Shown: piece after piece, positions 40,057 through 49,436 of the stretch
Position numbering within the stretch: the first letter of the stretch is position 1
Layout of the letters: every line of letters begins with the position of its first letter
DNA from: a virus
Taxonomy: Duplodnaviria; Caudoviricetes
Length of the DNA: 64,000 bases
Reading direction: 5' to 3' (one strand)
Virus record (IMG/VR): IMGVR_UViG_3300025387_000009
The notes under the pieces: generated by a model
Database searches by the model: none
Seen by the model: only the letters and a program-made list of their open reading frames with translations
Told to the model about the DNA's origin: nothing
Program-made: the position numbers and the translations under genes

Positions 40057-40934
40057 TTCTGCAATGTTTTTAAGATATTAACACAAGTTCCTTCTAAAGT
40101 AAAATACTTTGGGTAAATTTCTTTTATTTTTTCAAGCATGAAATTATATCTTTCATCGGATATTGATTTTAATATACCATCTAAATTTTCAATATCATCA
40201 AAATCAACTAATACACATATATCATGCCAGTTTATATCATCGATAAAAGGTAAAAATGGTTTTTGGTAATAAATATAAACCGGAACTGAACCCAATTGCA
40301 TTGATTCATATAGTCTAAAACTGGTTGCACCATAACCCCTTGGACATAAGGTAAATCTACTACGAGCAGTAGTAGTTAAAAATAAATCTATCTTTTCTTT
40401 TTCTACATTAGAAGACCAACTTTTAGTGTTTAATACATATTCACACTTTCCATTTAAAACTTCTAACATTTTATTTCTAATATCGTGTGATATTTTCCCC
40501 CAAAATGTATCCCCATATGTTACGCTACCTACAAAACTACAGAATATATCTTTATCAAGAATTGGTTTGTTTGGTATTTCGCTGCAAATTAAGGGAATTG
40601 GTATTGTATTTGGTACATTCCCACCAGCGGAAAAATTTATTGTATTTATAGGTAGCTTTAAAGATGGCGCATCATCATGTTGTGATACTGTAAAATATTT
40701 TTTTGATCCATCTAATTCCTTTAGATCTTTTTGTAAATCAGGAATCATAGTTAATGCTTTTATGTAGATATCAGTCCACATGATAGGTATATACTTTCTA
40801 TCTAACTTTTCAAATTCATCATAATTTTTTAAATAAAAATCTAAAAAGTATTGCTCCAAATATTTTCCTTGATGATAAGGCGGATATTGTGGATATTCTG
40901 CCTTTATACAGTATTTTTTAAATTGATCTAGCAT
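40053..40934 (-). CDS. Exostosin-family glycosyltransferase (GT47)
   Basis: CSFVG, FTLCPRGYGATSFRLYESMQLGSVPVYI. Confidence 0.85.
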   Translation of the reverse strand: MLDQFKKYCIKAEYPQYPPYHQGKYLEQYFLDFYLKNYDEFEKLDRKYIPIMWTDIYIKALTMIPDLQKDLKELDGSKKYFTVSQHDDAPSLKLPINTINFSAGGNVPNTIPIPLICSEIPNKPILDKDIFCSFVGSVTYGDTFWGKISHDIRNKMLEVLNGKCEYVLNTKSWSSNVEKEKIDLFLTTTARSRFTLCPRGYGATSFRLYESMQLGSVPVYIYYQKPFLPFIDDINWHDICVLVDFDDIENLDGILKSISDERYNFMLEKIKEIYPKYFTLEGTCVNILKTLQK

Positions 40935-41592
40935 CGTATTTCTCCTTTACTAAATTTAACATTTTTATTTTATTTTTAAAAGGCGTTGCCCAATTAGCAT
41001 GATGAATTACAATATCGCTAGGTATATCAAAAGGCTCTTCGCCTGTCCAAGTTTTACCTGTTCTAGCTGCTATTTCACCATAAGTCCAGTATTTTACTGG
41101 TAGCATTTTCCAATTAAATGCAATCTTTTGATAAATTGGAAAATTTCCCAATAAATGATTAAAACATACTTGTTCTTCTGGAAAATGATGAAGATTACCT
41201 TTAACAGTCTGAAGAAATGCACGGGTTTTGGGCGTAGATCTCATCATAAAAAAACCAGTGTTGACACCTCCACCAAAATCATTTTGAAAAATTGCATCAG
41301 CATCACCAAGATAATTTAATATTTCATCATGAAAAGGTTTAAAAAACTGAATATCTGGATCAGAAAACATAAAACATTTTCCATTTTCCGTTTCATAAGC
41401 GGCATCAATAAAACATTGAACCTTATACATCATTGTATCTCTCCAACCCTCACTATGAAATTCTGAACTAGGACAAACTTGTGGTTTAAATTTAACAACA
41501 AGTTCTAAATTTGGATCAAAAGGAAAACTTTTTATAAAATAATCCTTGAACATCCCATAATGAGATTCTGTAAAAACTGTATATAGTTTCAT
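40918..41592 (-). CDS. Nucleotide-diphospho-sugar transferase (GT77-like)
   Basis: FSDPDIQF, FQND, VNTGFFMMRS, EQVCFN, HHAN. Confidence 0.75.
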   Translation of the reverse strand: MKLYTVFTESHYGMFKDYFIKSFPFDPNLELVVKFKPQVCPSSEFHSEGWRDTMMYKVQCFIDAAYETENGKCFMFSDPDIQFFKPFHDEILNYLGDADAIFQNDFGGGVNTGFFMMRSTPKTRAFLQTVKGNLHHFPEEQVCFNHLLGNFPIYQKIAFNWKMLPVKYWTYGEIAARTGKTWTGEEPFDIPSDIVIHHANWATPFKNKIKMLNLVKEKYDARSI

Positions 41593-42251
41593 GTTCTGTA
41601 ATTACCCTTTGAATCTCTTATATCAACAAAAGCACTTTTATATTTTCCTGTTTCGGAACCTTGTTTTAAAACTAAACCCGACCAAAGAACTCTTATTTTC
41701 ATACGTGGAATAAAATAATTTAAAATTCTATCTATTGCATGACAATTTATTTTAGCAGCTATCAATAAACTTTCAACACACCGAAGACTAACAATATAAG
41801 CTCCTGTGCATCTGGTAATATATGAGGGATCATAATATAAAAGTGTGGGAGGTTTTTTATTTTGAACTTCCATACCACAACATGAACTCAAAAATGCAAC
41901 ATCACCATCTAATTTTTCAAATTCAAAAGCAGCTTGTTCCAAATATAAATTAAGATTGATATTTTGAAAATCAATGTCATCTTCTAATATAAGAACGTGT
42001 TCATATTTTCTTTTTAATTGTTGCTCATAGCAATATATGTGCGATTGATTTACGCAGAGTAAACGTGGATTAATATGGAAAGCATTTTTAATTTTTTTAA
42101 TGCTTTCGGGTTTATCATATTGATCAACCCATTCAACTAAATCAGTTAATCCGAATTCTTCTAATTTCTTTTCCATATATTCCCTTCTATCTGTTAAGGG
42201 TTTCCAATGTATAATATAGATTTTACTATAAAATTCTCTTATACTTTTCAT
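41589..42251 (-). CDS. Glycosyltransferase family 25
   Basis: KIYIIH...DRREYM, VNQSH, VLILEDD, GAYIVS, AID. Confidence 0.8.
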   Translation of the reverse strand: MKSIREFYSKIYIIHWKPLTDRREYMEKKLEEFGLTDLVEWVDQYDKPESIKKIKNAFHINPRLLCVNQSHIYCYEQQLKRKYEHVLILEDDIDFQNINLNLYLEQAAFEFEKLDGDVAFLSSCCGMEVQNKKPPTLLYYDPSYITRCTGAYIVSLRCVESLLIAAKINCHAIDRILNYFIPRMKIRVLWSGLVLKQGSETGKYKSAFVDIRDSKGNYRT

Positions 42252-43018
42252 ATTTTTAAAAATTCCATTTCTTTTTCATTCTCATCAGATAAAGGATATA
42301 AAAATTGACCGTATGGTAATCGTTTTACAAGATATGAATATATAAATTCATGCCATTTTTTATGGTAAGGCGTACTTTCCCATAATTTGGAATTATGAAC
42401 TGCTTCAGGAGAAAATTCATTCCATTTTAACTCGTGTTTTTCATGACAAATATAAACTTCTTTATTTCCTAAAAATGAATTGCTTCTATTGTATAACTCT
42501 ATTGCAAACGCAACATCCCATAAATGTTCAGCATAGATATAGTCTTGAAAATAATTTCTATTTTGTATCCACCAATCCTTTTTAACCGCCCATGCATCAA
42601 ATCCAGCAATCTCTATTCTAAATGGTATAATATTATTTAAAGAATCAATTTTATAACAATCATGTCGAGAAAAAGAATAAGATTCATATTCACCCTTTGA
42701 TATTAATTTTAATAATCTATCGGTTAATAAAATGTCACTATTTAAAAATAAAAAGTAATCGCAATCAACAGTAGATAAAGCATCAAAAAAATCTTTAGCT
42801 ATTGGTTTATCAGAATTTGACCCTTTAATTATATCTTTTGCTTTTCTTTTTAGTACTGGCAAATGATTAAATCCTAAAGTGTAATTTTTTTCATTTTCAA
42901 ATGTTATATTATAAAGAGAAACATTTGAATGTTTTGCCACAAGCCGATTTAATACTTCTATACATTGATCTTGTCTAGTGTAATATCCAAAAATATTAAT
43001 TCCTATCGCTATTTTCAT
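42248..43018 (-). CDS. GT-A-fold glycosyltransferase-like protein
   Basis: YFLFLNSDIL, AGFDAW, HLWD, CHEKH; lies within the GT operon. Confidence 0.5.
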   Translation of the reverse strand: MKIAIGINIFGYYTRQDQCIEVLNRLVAKHSNVSLYNITFENEKNYTLGFNHLPVLKRKAKDIIKGSNSDKPIAKDFFDALSTVDCDYFLFLNSDILLTDRLLKLISKGEYESYSFSRHDCYKIDSLNNIIPFRIEIAGFDAWAVKKDWWIQNRNYFQDYIYAEHLWDVAFAIELYNRSNSFLGNKEVYICHEKHELKWNEFSPEAVHNSKLWESTPYHKKWHEFIYSYLVKRLPYGQFLYPLSDENEKEMEFLKI

Positions 43019-43925
43019 ATATTTTACTGATTTCTTTTATAAACCCCAGTGGCGATATGCTATTTTCATATATCTCTCTTATTTTAATCTGTAAATCAAT
43101 ATATTGATTATCCGATATGGAATTCCAAAAATTATTAACCGCTTCGTTTATTTCATCTATTGAATTAACAAATATCGATATATTTTTCCAATCTATTTTA
43201 TCTTCGAATGGGAAGATCATATCAGAATTAACTATCAATGGTATTTTACCTAAACTCATTGTCTCGTATAATCGATATGAAAAATTACCAACGCCTTTAC
43301 AGCATAATATTATATCACTATCATACATGTTATCTATATATTGTTTTCTTAAAGTTGGATTATGAACGGAACCACCCCAAAATCCTTCCTTTCTAACTAA
43401 AAAATTAGTAATAACGTTTTCATTTATATTTAAAATATCCATTGCTTGTTGTCTATATTCATTAGATAAAGCACCACAAAAACCAATTGTTGGTTTTTTG
43501 GTTTTTATTTTTGGTTGAAAATATTTTGTATTATTAAAATCATCCGACCATGCTGGCAAAGCATATTCATTTTGTTTTCTTTTTGATCTATAGAAAGAAG
43601 TTCTGTAGACATCAATGCAATTTGGTAAGTTTGTCGGTGTTGCATTATCATCGTTATATAATGCAATAACTTTTTTATTATATTTTTCTGCTAAATTTAT
43701 ATATTCACCTATATTTTGATTTAATTTAGCGTGATATACTATAACATCGCAGTCATCTATTGATGTATATTGAATATATTTTCTGGCTTCTTTAATCCAT
43801 TTTCTTACATCAACAAAATCTAAATTTTTTTCTATTAATTCAAGACTAAGAAAAGGAAATAGCAAAATATGCTCTTGAACTACTTCATTTGTTGGAAACA
43901 TGTGTGGGTTTGACCAAATTTTCAT
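42996..43925 (-). CDS. Exostosin-family glycosyltransferase (GT47)
   Basis: IGFCGA, LCCKGVGNFSYRLYETMSLGKIPLI. Confidence 0.82.
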   Translation of the reverse strand: MKIWSNPHMFPTNEVVQEHILLFPFLSLELIEKNLDFVDVRKWIKEARKYIQYTSIDDCDVIVYHAKLNQNIGEYINLAEKYNKKVIALYNDDNATPTNLPNCIDVYRTSFYRSKRKQNEYALPAWSDDFNNTKYFQPKIKTKKPTIGFCGALSNEYRQQAMDILNINENVITNFLVRKEGFWGGSVHNPTLRKQYIDNMYDSDIILCCKGVGNFSYRLYETMSLGKIPLIVNSDMIFPFEDKIDWKNISIFVNSIDEINEAVNNFWNSISDNQYIDLQIKIREIYENSISPLGFIKEISKIYENSDRN

Positions 43926-44701
43926 GATTTAATATTTTTTAATTTTTTAATAACATCTTCTTGTGGGATATCTGGTATTTGATTGACCATTATACCATGT
44001 TTTTTGATAAAAAGCTGCCATTGTTCTTGTATTCTTTGTTCTCTTGATCCATCTGGACGATCTGCTTGTAAACGACTTACCGCAACAGGATTATTTTCAA
44101 TATATAAGTCCGAATCGGCTATATCAGCAAAATACCAAAAGGGTGCTGCATAATCTTGTTGGGATTCTCTATATGCCATGTCAATATCAAAAGGATCTCT
44201 AAATTGAGTATCATATAAACCAACTTTTTCATAGCATGATTTATGATGATATGTAAATTCGTTGCACATATTTTTATAAAAGGATATTTTAACATTGTTT
44301 TTATAATTAACTGTTAAACGAGGTGTTCTATTACCGATTGGACCAGATTCCCATGCCATGCTTGTATAGCAGAGATATTTTAAACCAGTTTCTTTAGATG
44401 CTTTAATATATTCATCAAATATATCAGGTCTTTTTATTATCATATCGTCTTCAATTATGAAGATGTGTTCGCAATTCCTGTTTAAAAGAAAATTTATAGC
44501 ATCATTTCGACAAATTGCTGGATAGCAGTTAGTGTTATGTTGCACCCAATGGCATGCATAGTTCTCCTTGTAATGATTACCTCCATTGATGACAACTAAT
44601 TCATCAATTTTGGCAAGAGGAAGTGATTCATAAAGAGTTTTAAAGTAATCTTCTGAATTATATGTAACTATTCCTACTCCGATTTTTTCTTTTTTTTCCA
44701 T
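43922..44701 (-). CDS. Glycosyltransferase family 2 (paralog 1)
   Basis: IGVGIVTYN, CRNDAINFL..RNCEHIFIIEDD, VGLYD. Confidence 0.82.
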   Translation of the reverse strand: MEKKEKIGVGIVTYNSEDYFKTLYESLPLAKIDELVVINGGNHYKENYACHWVQHNTNCYPAICRNDAINFLLNRNCEHIFIIEDDMIIKRPDIFDEYIKASKETGLKYLCYTSMAWESGPIGNRTPRLTVNYKNNVKISFYKNMCNEFTYHHKSCYEKVGLYDTQFRDPFDIDMAYRESQQDYAAPFWYFADIADSDLYIENNPVAVSRLQADRPDGSREQRIQEQWQLFIKKHGIMVNQIPDIPQEDVIKKLKNIKS

Positions 44702-45498
44702 ATTTCTTGTAATGATTTAACACAATCTTGTTCAGTGTAAGGTTTTTCAGCGGGTCCGTAACCACCAATAACACTAAATCCTTGTTTTTTAATAAATAAA
44801 TCTAAACCATTTTTAAATGTTTGTTGAAAATCGGATTCAGTTCTAATTTTACTCTGCTGATGATCTGGGACAATATCCTTTAACATCTTATCCGAACCAT
44901 GAACATCAGCAAACCAACGAAATGGAGGATGATAACCTGCTTTAATGGCTCTGTAGGTGTGATCTACATGCTCCATAGCATTATAATAGTCTTCATCAAT
45001 TAAACCAATCTCATCTAAAACGGATATATGAAAATAACTAAATGCACCAAGAAGATTTGGGTATAAATCTATCTTTGTGTCATCTGGATAATTTACGGTT
45101 TTTCTTATTATTGGATTTCCGTAACCATCTCGGTTATGATTACCATGTAATCCATAATTTAAATGTTTAACACCAGTAACATTTGCGGTTTTAATATATT
45201 CTCTGAATACAAATACGTCTTCGATCTCAATATCATCTTCCATTAAGAAGATATGCTCACAATTTCTTTCCATTAAGAATTTTAAAGCTGCGTTTTTAGC
45301 TTTACCAACACCTTGTCTACCAATTGTATCTATTAAATTTATTGGTTGGTACTTTAATTTATTAGTACCATCATTTACCGTTACCGTCTCAAAATCTGTA
45401 TATATTTGAAGTGCTTTACTAAGACTTTCACTAGCCTTAATATAAAAATCTTCCCTGTCGCATGTAATTATACCGACACCAATTTTATTTTTTTGCAT
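44674..45498 (-). CDS. Glycosyltransferase family 2 (paralog 2)
   Basis: IGVGIITCDR, AKNAALKFL..RNCEHIFLMEDD, IGLIDEDY, EHVDH. Confidence 0.85.
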   Translation of the reverse strand: MQKNKIGVGIITCDREDFYIKASESLSKALQIYTDFETVTVNDGTNKLKYQPINLIDTIGRQGVGKAKNAALKFLMERNCEHIFLMEDDIEIEDVFVFREYIKTANVTGVKHLNYGLHGNHNRDGYGNPIIRKTVNYPDDTKIDLYPNLLGAFSYFHISVLDEIGLIDEDYYNAMEHVDHTYRAIKAGYHPPFRWFADVHGSDKMLKDIVPDHQQSKIRTESDFQQTFKNGLDLFIKKQGFSVIGGYGPAEKPYTEQDCVKSLQEIWKKKKKSE

Positions 45499-46279
45499 AA
45501 TTGGTTTGAATTACTTCCATTGATTTGAGTAATTCCTCTTGAGATACATGTGGTGGATCATTTTGCGTAGGCAGATACTTGTGTTCATTCAAGAAATGTG
45601 CATAACTTAATTGAACGTCTCTTGATTGATCTGGCATATCCTTAAATCCAAGTTTATTGATATTACCGATACCGCTTTCTAACCAATCACTAGGTATTGT
45701 TGGATGATAGTTGTTTGGTGGGTAAGCATTTTTGTTTCTGACCTTTGTGACATAATCTAAAACATCTAATTGTAAACTATTGAAGTATCTTTCATCGAAA
45801 TAGCCAAATGTTTTTACTATTCCTGAAAACAAAAATAAAAACTCTGTATTTAAATGTTTGGAAAGGTTAAGTGTTACACCCTTTTCATCATCTTCAAGAG
45901 GAATATTATCGGTTGATGCTCCTGTAATAATCCACGTACCAAAGGTGTCAGCAAGCTTAAGAGTCTTTTCAAAAATTTCTGGATTTTTGATAACTTGATT
46001 GGAATGAATAAGAAAATAATACTTTAATCCCTTTAATCTCATTTGAGAAATTAACCAATTTCTCATTGTTGCTAACTGTACAGACGTTGTATATTTTTTA
46101 TATTCTTGTACAACACCATATGGATCTTTATTATTGTTATTTGAAACAACAAATACTTGATTTGGTCTAGGATCACCATCTCCACGGTATATAAAATCTT
46201 GAGGTACAGATTTTAAACAATTATTTAAATCTTCTTGAGTATAAAGGTCAAGAATGCCTATTCCTATTTCGTTGTTCAT
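45485..46279 (-). CDS. Degenerate GT2-like protein (paralog 3, lacks DxD)
   Basis: IGIGIL, MRNWLI, FLIHSN in place of FxxEDD, FGYFDERY. Confidence 0.6.
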   Translation of the reverse strand: MNNEIGIGILDLYTQEDLNNCLKSVPQDFIYRGDGDPRPNQVFVVSNNNNKDPYGVVQEYKKYTTSVQLATMRNWLISQMRLKGLKYYFLIHSNQVIKNPEIFEKTLKLADTFGTWIITGASTDNIPLEDDEKGVTLNLSKHLNTEFLFLFSGIVKTFGYFDERYFNSLQLDVLDYVTKVRNKNAYPPNNYHPTIPSDWLESGIGNINKLGFKDMPDQSRDVQLSYAHFLNEHKYLPTQNDPPHVSQEELLKSMEVIQTNYAKK

Positions 46280-47334
46280 TTTGATAATAAATTATAACTT
46301 TCTGTAAGATATTCAATGACTTCTTTTTTGTTTTCGATGTCTAGAGTGTTAACAAATTCCTCAATATCCTTGAGTAAGTTACCAGAGTCAATTTCCTTTG
46401 CCTCATTTAAGATGGCTGAATCGGTATTATCCGCTAAATAATCGGTTCTAATTGATAACGGCAATGTTTTATGGAGTTTTGTGGTTAAAAGTGCAAGCTC
46501 CTCTTGCCCAATTTCAGTATCAACTACCAAACTAACAATATTATTCTCTAAAATTGCCTTTAACTGTTCTATATTTTCAGAATTAGAATTATCTATGAAA
46601 TTTTTTACTGATACTTTATGATGTTTAGGTGAAATATTATTTTCGATGAACTCAAATTCATTATTTTGTAGATCTAGTATATAGATACCCCTTGCATCAC
46701 CTGCATCTCCGAAATTATGTTGATAAGGACTTCCAAGATAAACAATCCTACCATTATCATATTTTCTGTCATCTTTTTTATGGAAATGACCTGAAACTAT
46801 CAACGGTGCTTTCTTAAAAAGCTGTTTTGATTCCATCCCGTGTTCACAAACTTTATAAGAGTTCATGTAAAAAGAACTAATCTCAAAATGACCAAAGATA
46901 ATACCATCAGTTTTGGGAATTTGATCATATTCAACACCCCAAGGAACCATAACAATATCCTTATATGGTGTTTTTATGGTTTCACATTCTTTATCAACTA
47001 TATTGATATTACCCCATCCATCAAGAATTGATATAGAATTTACCGTACTATTGTTTTTATAAAAACAATCATGATTTCCGCTGGAAATATAAATTGTAAA
47101 ATCTTTAAAATAATCAAAAAACTCTTTTGCGGTTGCTAGAGTAGCAACATTGATCTCACTTCTGTTGTGAAATATGTCACCAGGTATTATAATCTCATCA
47201 ATTCCTAATTTTAGGTATTCTTCGGATGCCCATTTAGCAAAATTCAAAGCAATATCATGCCATTGCTTGCTATCTTGTCCAAGCCCAATGTGGATATCAG
47301 AAAAACATCCTATTTTTCTACTAGAAATCTTCAT
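46276..47334 (-). CDS. Recombination endonuclease subunit gp47 (SbcD/Mre11)
   Basis: SDIH, PGDIFH, GNHD, GHFE, SGHFH, YLGSP. Confidence 0.95.
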   Translation of the reverse strand: MKISSRKIGCFSDIHIGLGQDSKQWHDIALNFAKWASEEYLKLGIDEIIIPGDIFHNRSEINVATLATAKEFFDYFKDFTIYISSGNHDCFYKNNSTVNSISILDGWGNINIVDKECETIKTPYKDIVMVPWGVEYDQIPKTDGIIFGHFEISSFYMNSYKVCEHGMESKQLFKKAPLIVSGHFHKKDDRKYDNGRIVYLGSPYQHNFGDAGDARGIYILDLQNNEFEFIENNISPKHHKVSVKNFIDNSNSENIEQLKAILENNIVSLVVDTEIGQEELALLTTKLHKTLPLSIRTDYLADNTDSAILNEAKEIDSGNLLKDIEEFVNTLDIENKKEVIEYLTESYNLLSK

Positions 47335-47341
47335 TAAGAAG

Positions 47342-47369
47342 ATAATAACAGGTAATTTAAATTTTTCAA
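47342..47369 (-). promoter_or_regulatory. sigma70-like promoter TTGAAA-N16-TATTAT (TG extended), 7 nt before gp47; probably drives the glycan island
   Basis: Read on the minus strand; downstream genes are coupled by overlapping stop/start codons. Confidence 0.6.
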
Positions 47370-48031
47370 TGCCTTTCTCTTTCTTTGTTTATTCTAATGT
47401 TGTTATTTTTCATCAAAACGTTGTAATTTTGAGACATCATTAAAATTTCATTTGAATATTTGTCATGGGTTTCAGCCATATGCTTCTCTTTTTTGATTCG
47501 ATTACGGAAAGCATTAAATGCAATGCGTGTGAAATAAGAAAAAGGATTTGTTCCCTTATCACGATTGTACTTTTTAGCCATAAGTGCTTTCATCATTCTA
47601 ATAACGCCATCTCCAACCATTTCTTCTCGATATGTGTAGTTAATAAAATTTGGTGCATAACTTAATTTATGTGAAATTTTACTAACCATATTGGCTAAAT
47701 TATCAGACATTTTACCAGTGTCATAATAATTCATGATTTCGGCATCGAATTCCTTTGGATCTACATAAAACTTTGCCTTGTCAGCAGTAGCCTTTCCTCT
47801 TTTTTTAGGTGCTTCAACTTCTTCTAAAATGGGTTCATCCTCTAGGGGTTGTTCGTCCTCTAAAGCATTTTCGACTAAATCGGTGTCATCTTCTTCATTT
47901 ATTAATAGTTCTTCTTCGTGATCATCTCTTAAGTCATACCCATCATCGATGACATCATGATAGATTAGATCATCAAATGTATCTTCTTTTTTTATTCGTT
48001 TTTTTCTTTTAATGTATGTCGGTTTTTTCAT
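47366..48031 (-). CDS. Late-transcription sigma factor (T4 gp55-like) with acidic N-terminal extension
   Basis: YV.PKEF, NFINYTYREEMVGDG, NPFSYFTRIAFNAF.RIKKEK. Confidence 0.92.
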   Translation of the reverse strand: MKKPTYIKRKKRIKKEDTFDDLIYHDVIDDGYDLRDDHEEELLINEEDDTDLVENALEDEQPLEDEPILEEVEAPKKRGKATADKAKFYVDPKEFDAEIMNYYDTGKMSDNLANMVSKISHKLSYAPNFINYTYREEMVGDGVIRMMKALMAKKYNRDKGTNPFSYFTRIAFNAFRNRIKKEKHMAETHDKYSNEILMMSQNYNVLMKNNNIRINKERERH

Positions 48032-49436
48032 AAATGTAATTTTCGGAAATATATAAAGTTTCTCTTTCTGTTAAATGTCTTTTGCCATACTTTGTATTAT
48101 CGGAAATATCAAAAATATTAGCCATTGTTTTTGTTGGATGTAATCTCAATGCACGACCTATGGACTGCATGATTTTAATCTTTGCTTTTCCAGCAGATGC
48201 AAAAATAATATTATGTAGATTGGGTATATTTATACCTGTGCTGAATATCTTTGATATTGCAACAACAATTACATCACTTCTACCATCCATTAATTTTCTT
48301 ATGGCTTCACGATCTTCCATTTCGGTTGATCCTCTTATGAAATAAACAATTTTATTAAACTCTTTGCATTTTTCTTTCAAAAGTTGCTCTAGCGTTTCTC
48401 CGTGTTGGATTCTATCAGCCATTATGATAGTGTTATTTTTGAGTTTTAACGCAAGATTTGTGATAATTTCGTTCCTTCTTGAGTTATTTGTCAAAAATTC
48501 AAGTTCTTTTTCGAAAGCTTCACTCGGTCTATTAGGGTTATGTTCTATTTTTGGTATATTTTTATGAACTACATTTAATATAAAGATTTTAAAATCTGAA
48601 ACGTAATTTTTATCTTTAAGATCTTGAGTTTTTTCTTGGAATATGATGGGTCCTATCTTTCCAATGATATTCCATTGATCAATCAAAGAGGTTGGCATCG
48701 TTCCAGTAAAACCAAACCTATAGTTAGTGTTTACAAGTTGCAAAACTTTGTTGATTTCGTTACCTTTTCTTAAACCATGCGTTTCATCAACTAATAATAG
48801 ATCTATATCACCCAAAAGCGATAAATCTGATTTTTCACTCAATAGAATTTGGGTTCCTGCAACAATTGTTGTCGCCTGTGGATCAGGGATATTGTCACCT
48901 GACCATTTAGTAACGCTTTCCATGCCATATTCTTCAAAATCTTTTGATGTTTGCTCGACAAGTTGTATATTTGGAACTAAAACCAATGCTTTTGCGTTTG
49001 GTTTATACATTGAAAGTCTCATACTCTCAATGATACCAGCCATGATAAGAGTTTTACCACCAGCAGTAGGAATGCAAATTACGCCTCTTCCTTTTTTTAC
49101 TGCTTCTCTTATCGACTTGTCTTGGTGATCTCTATAGGTTAAACAATATTTTTTAATAATAGGATCTTCGTATCCAACAAAAAATTTATTTTTTAAATCT
49201 TCGGTTATTTGATATTTTTTCTGGGTGCTATCAAGATAAGATGTGATATCTTTAAGCATACCTATTTCAAATTTTCCAGCTGGGGTTATACAATAAAGTC
49301 TTGCTGGTACAAATCTAGTATTTCTTCGATGTGCAGGATTAGAAATGGAAAACTTCTCACGTATTAATGCAAGTGTAGTCGCATCAGAATCAATCTGACC
49401 TTGCTTACCATTTGAAGTTATCCCTAAATTGATCAT
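48009..49436 (-). CDS. uvsW: UvsW-like SF2 DNA helicase
   Basis: PTAGGKT, VDETH, GFTGT, STGINI, QSIGRALR. Confidence 0.93.
   Translation of the reverse strand: MINLGITSNGKQGQIDSDATTLALIREKFSISNPAHRRNTRFVPARLYCITPAGKFEIGMLKDITSYLDSTQKKYQITEDLKNKFFVGYEDPIIKKYCLTYRDHQDKSIREAVKKGRGVICIPTAGGKTLIMAGIIESMRLSMYKPNAKALVLVPNIQLVEQTSKDFEEYGMESVTKWSGDNIPDPQATTIVAGTQILLSEKSDLSLLGDIDLLLVDETHGLRKGNEINKVLQLVNTNYRFGFTGTMPTSLIDQWNIIGKIGPIIFQEKTQDLKDKNYVSDFKIFILNVVHKNIPKIEHNPNRPSEAFEKELEFLTNNSRRNEIITNLALKLKNNTIIMADRIQHGETLEQLLKEKCKEFNKIVYFIRGSTEMEDREAIRKLMDGRSDVIVVAISKIFSTGINIPNLHNIIFASAGKAKIKIMQSIGRALRLHPTKTMANIFDISDNTKYGKRHLTERETLYISENYIYEKTDIH

Noticed and set aside
29643-46279. Host LPS/capsule locus (prophage edge or contamination)
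   Set aside because: Flanked on both sides by phage gp46/gp47, coupled to gp47 by an ATGA overlap, similar AT-rich composition, and no membrane export/polymerase genes. Read support is still unverified.
29643-46279. Giant eukaryotic virus (NCLDV) origin suggested by the GT families
   Set aside because: T4-like terminase, gp32/41/43/45/46/47/55, sigma70 promoters and a holin-endolysin-spanin cassette identify a bacteriophage.
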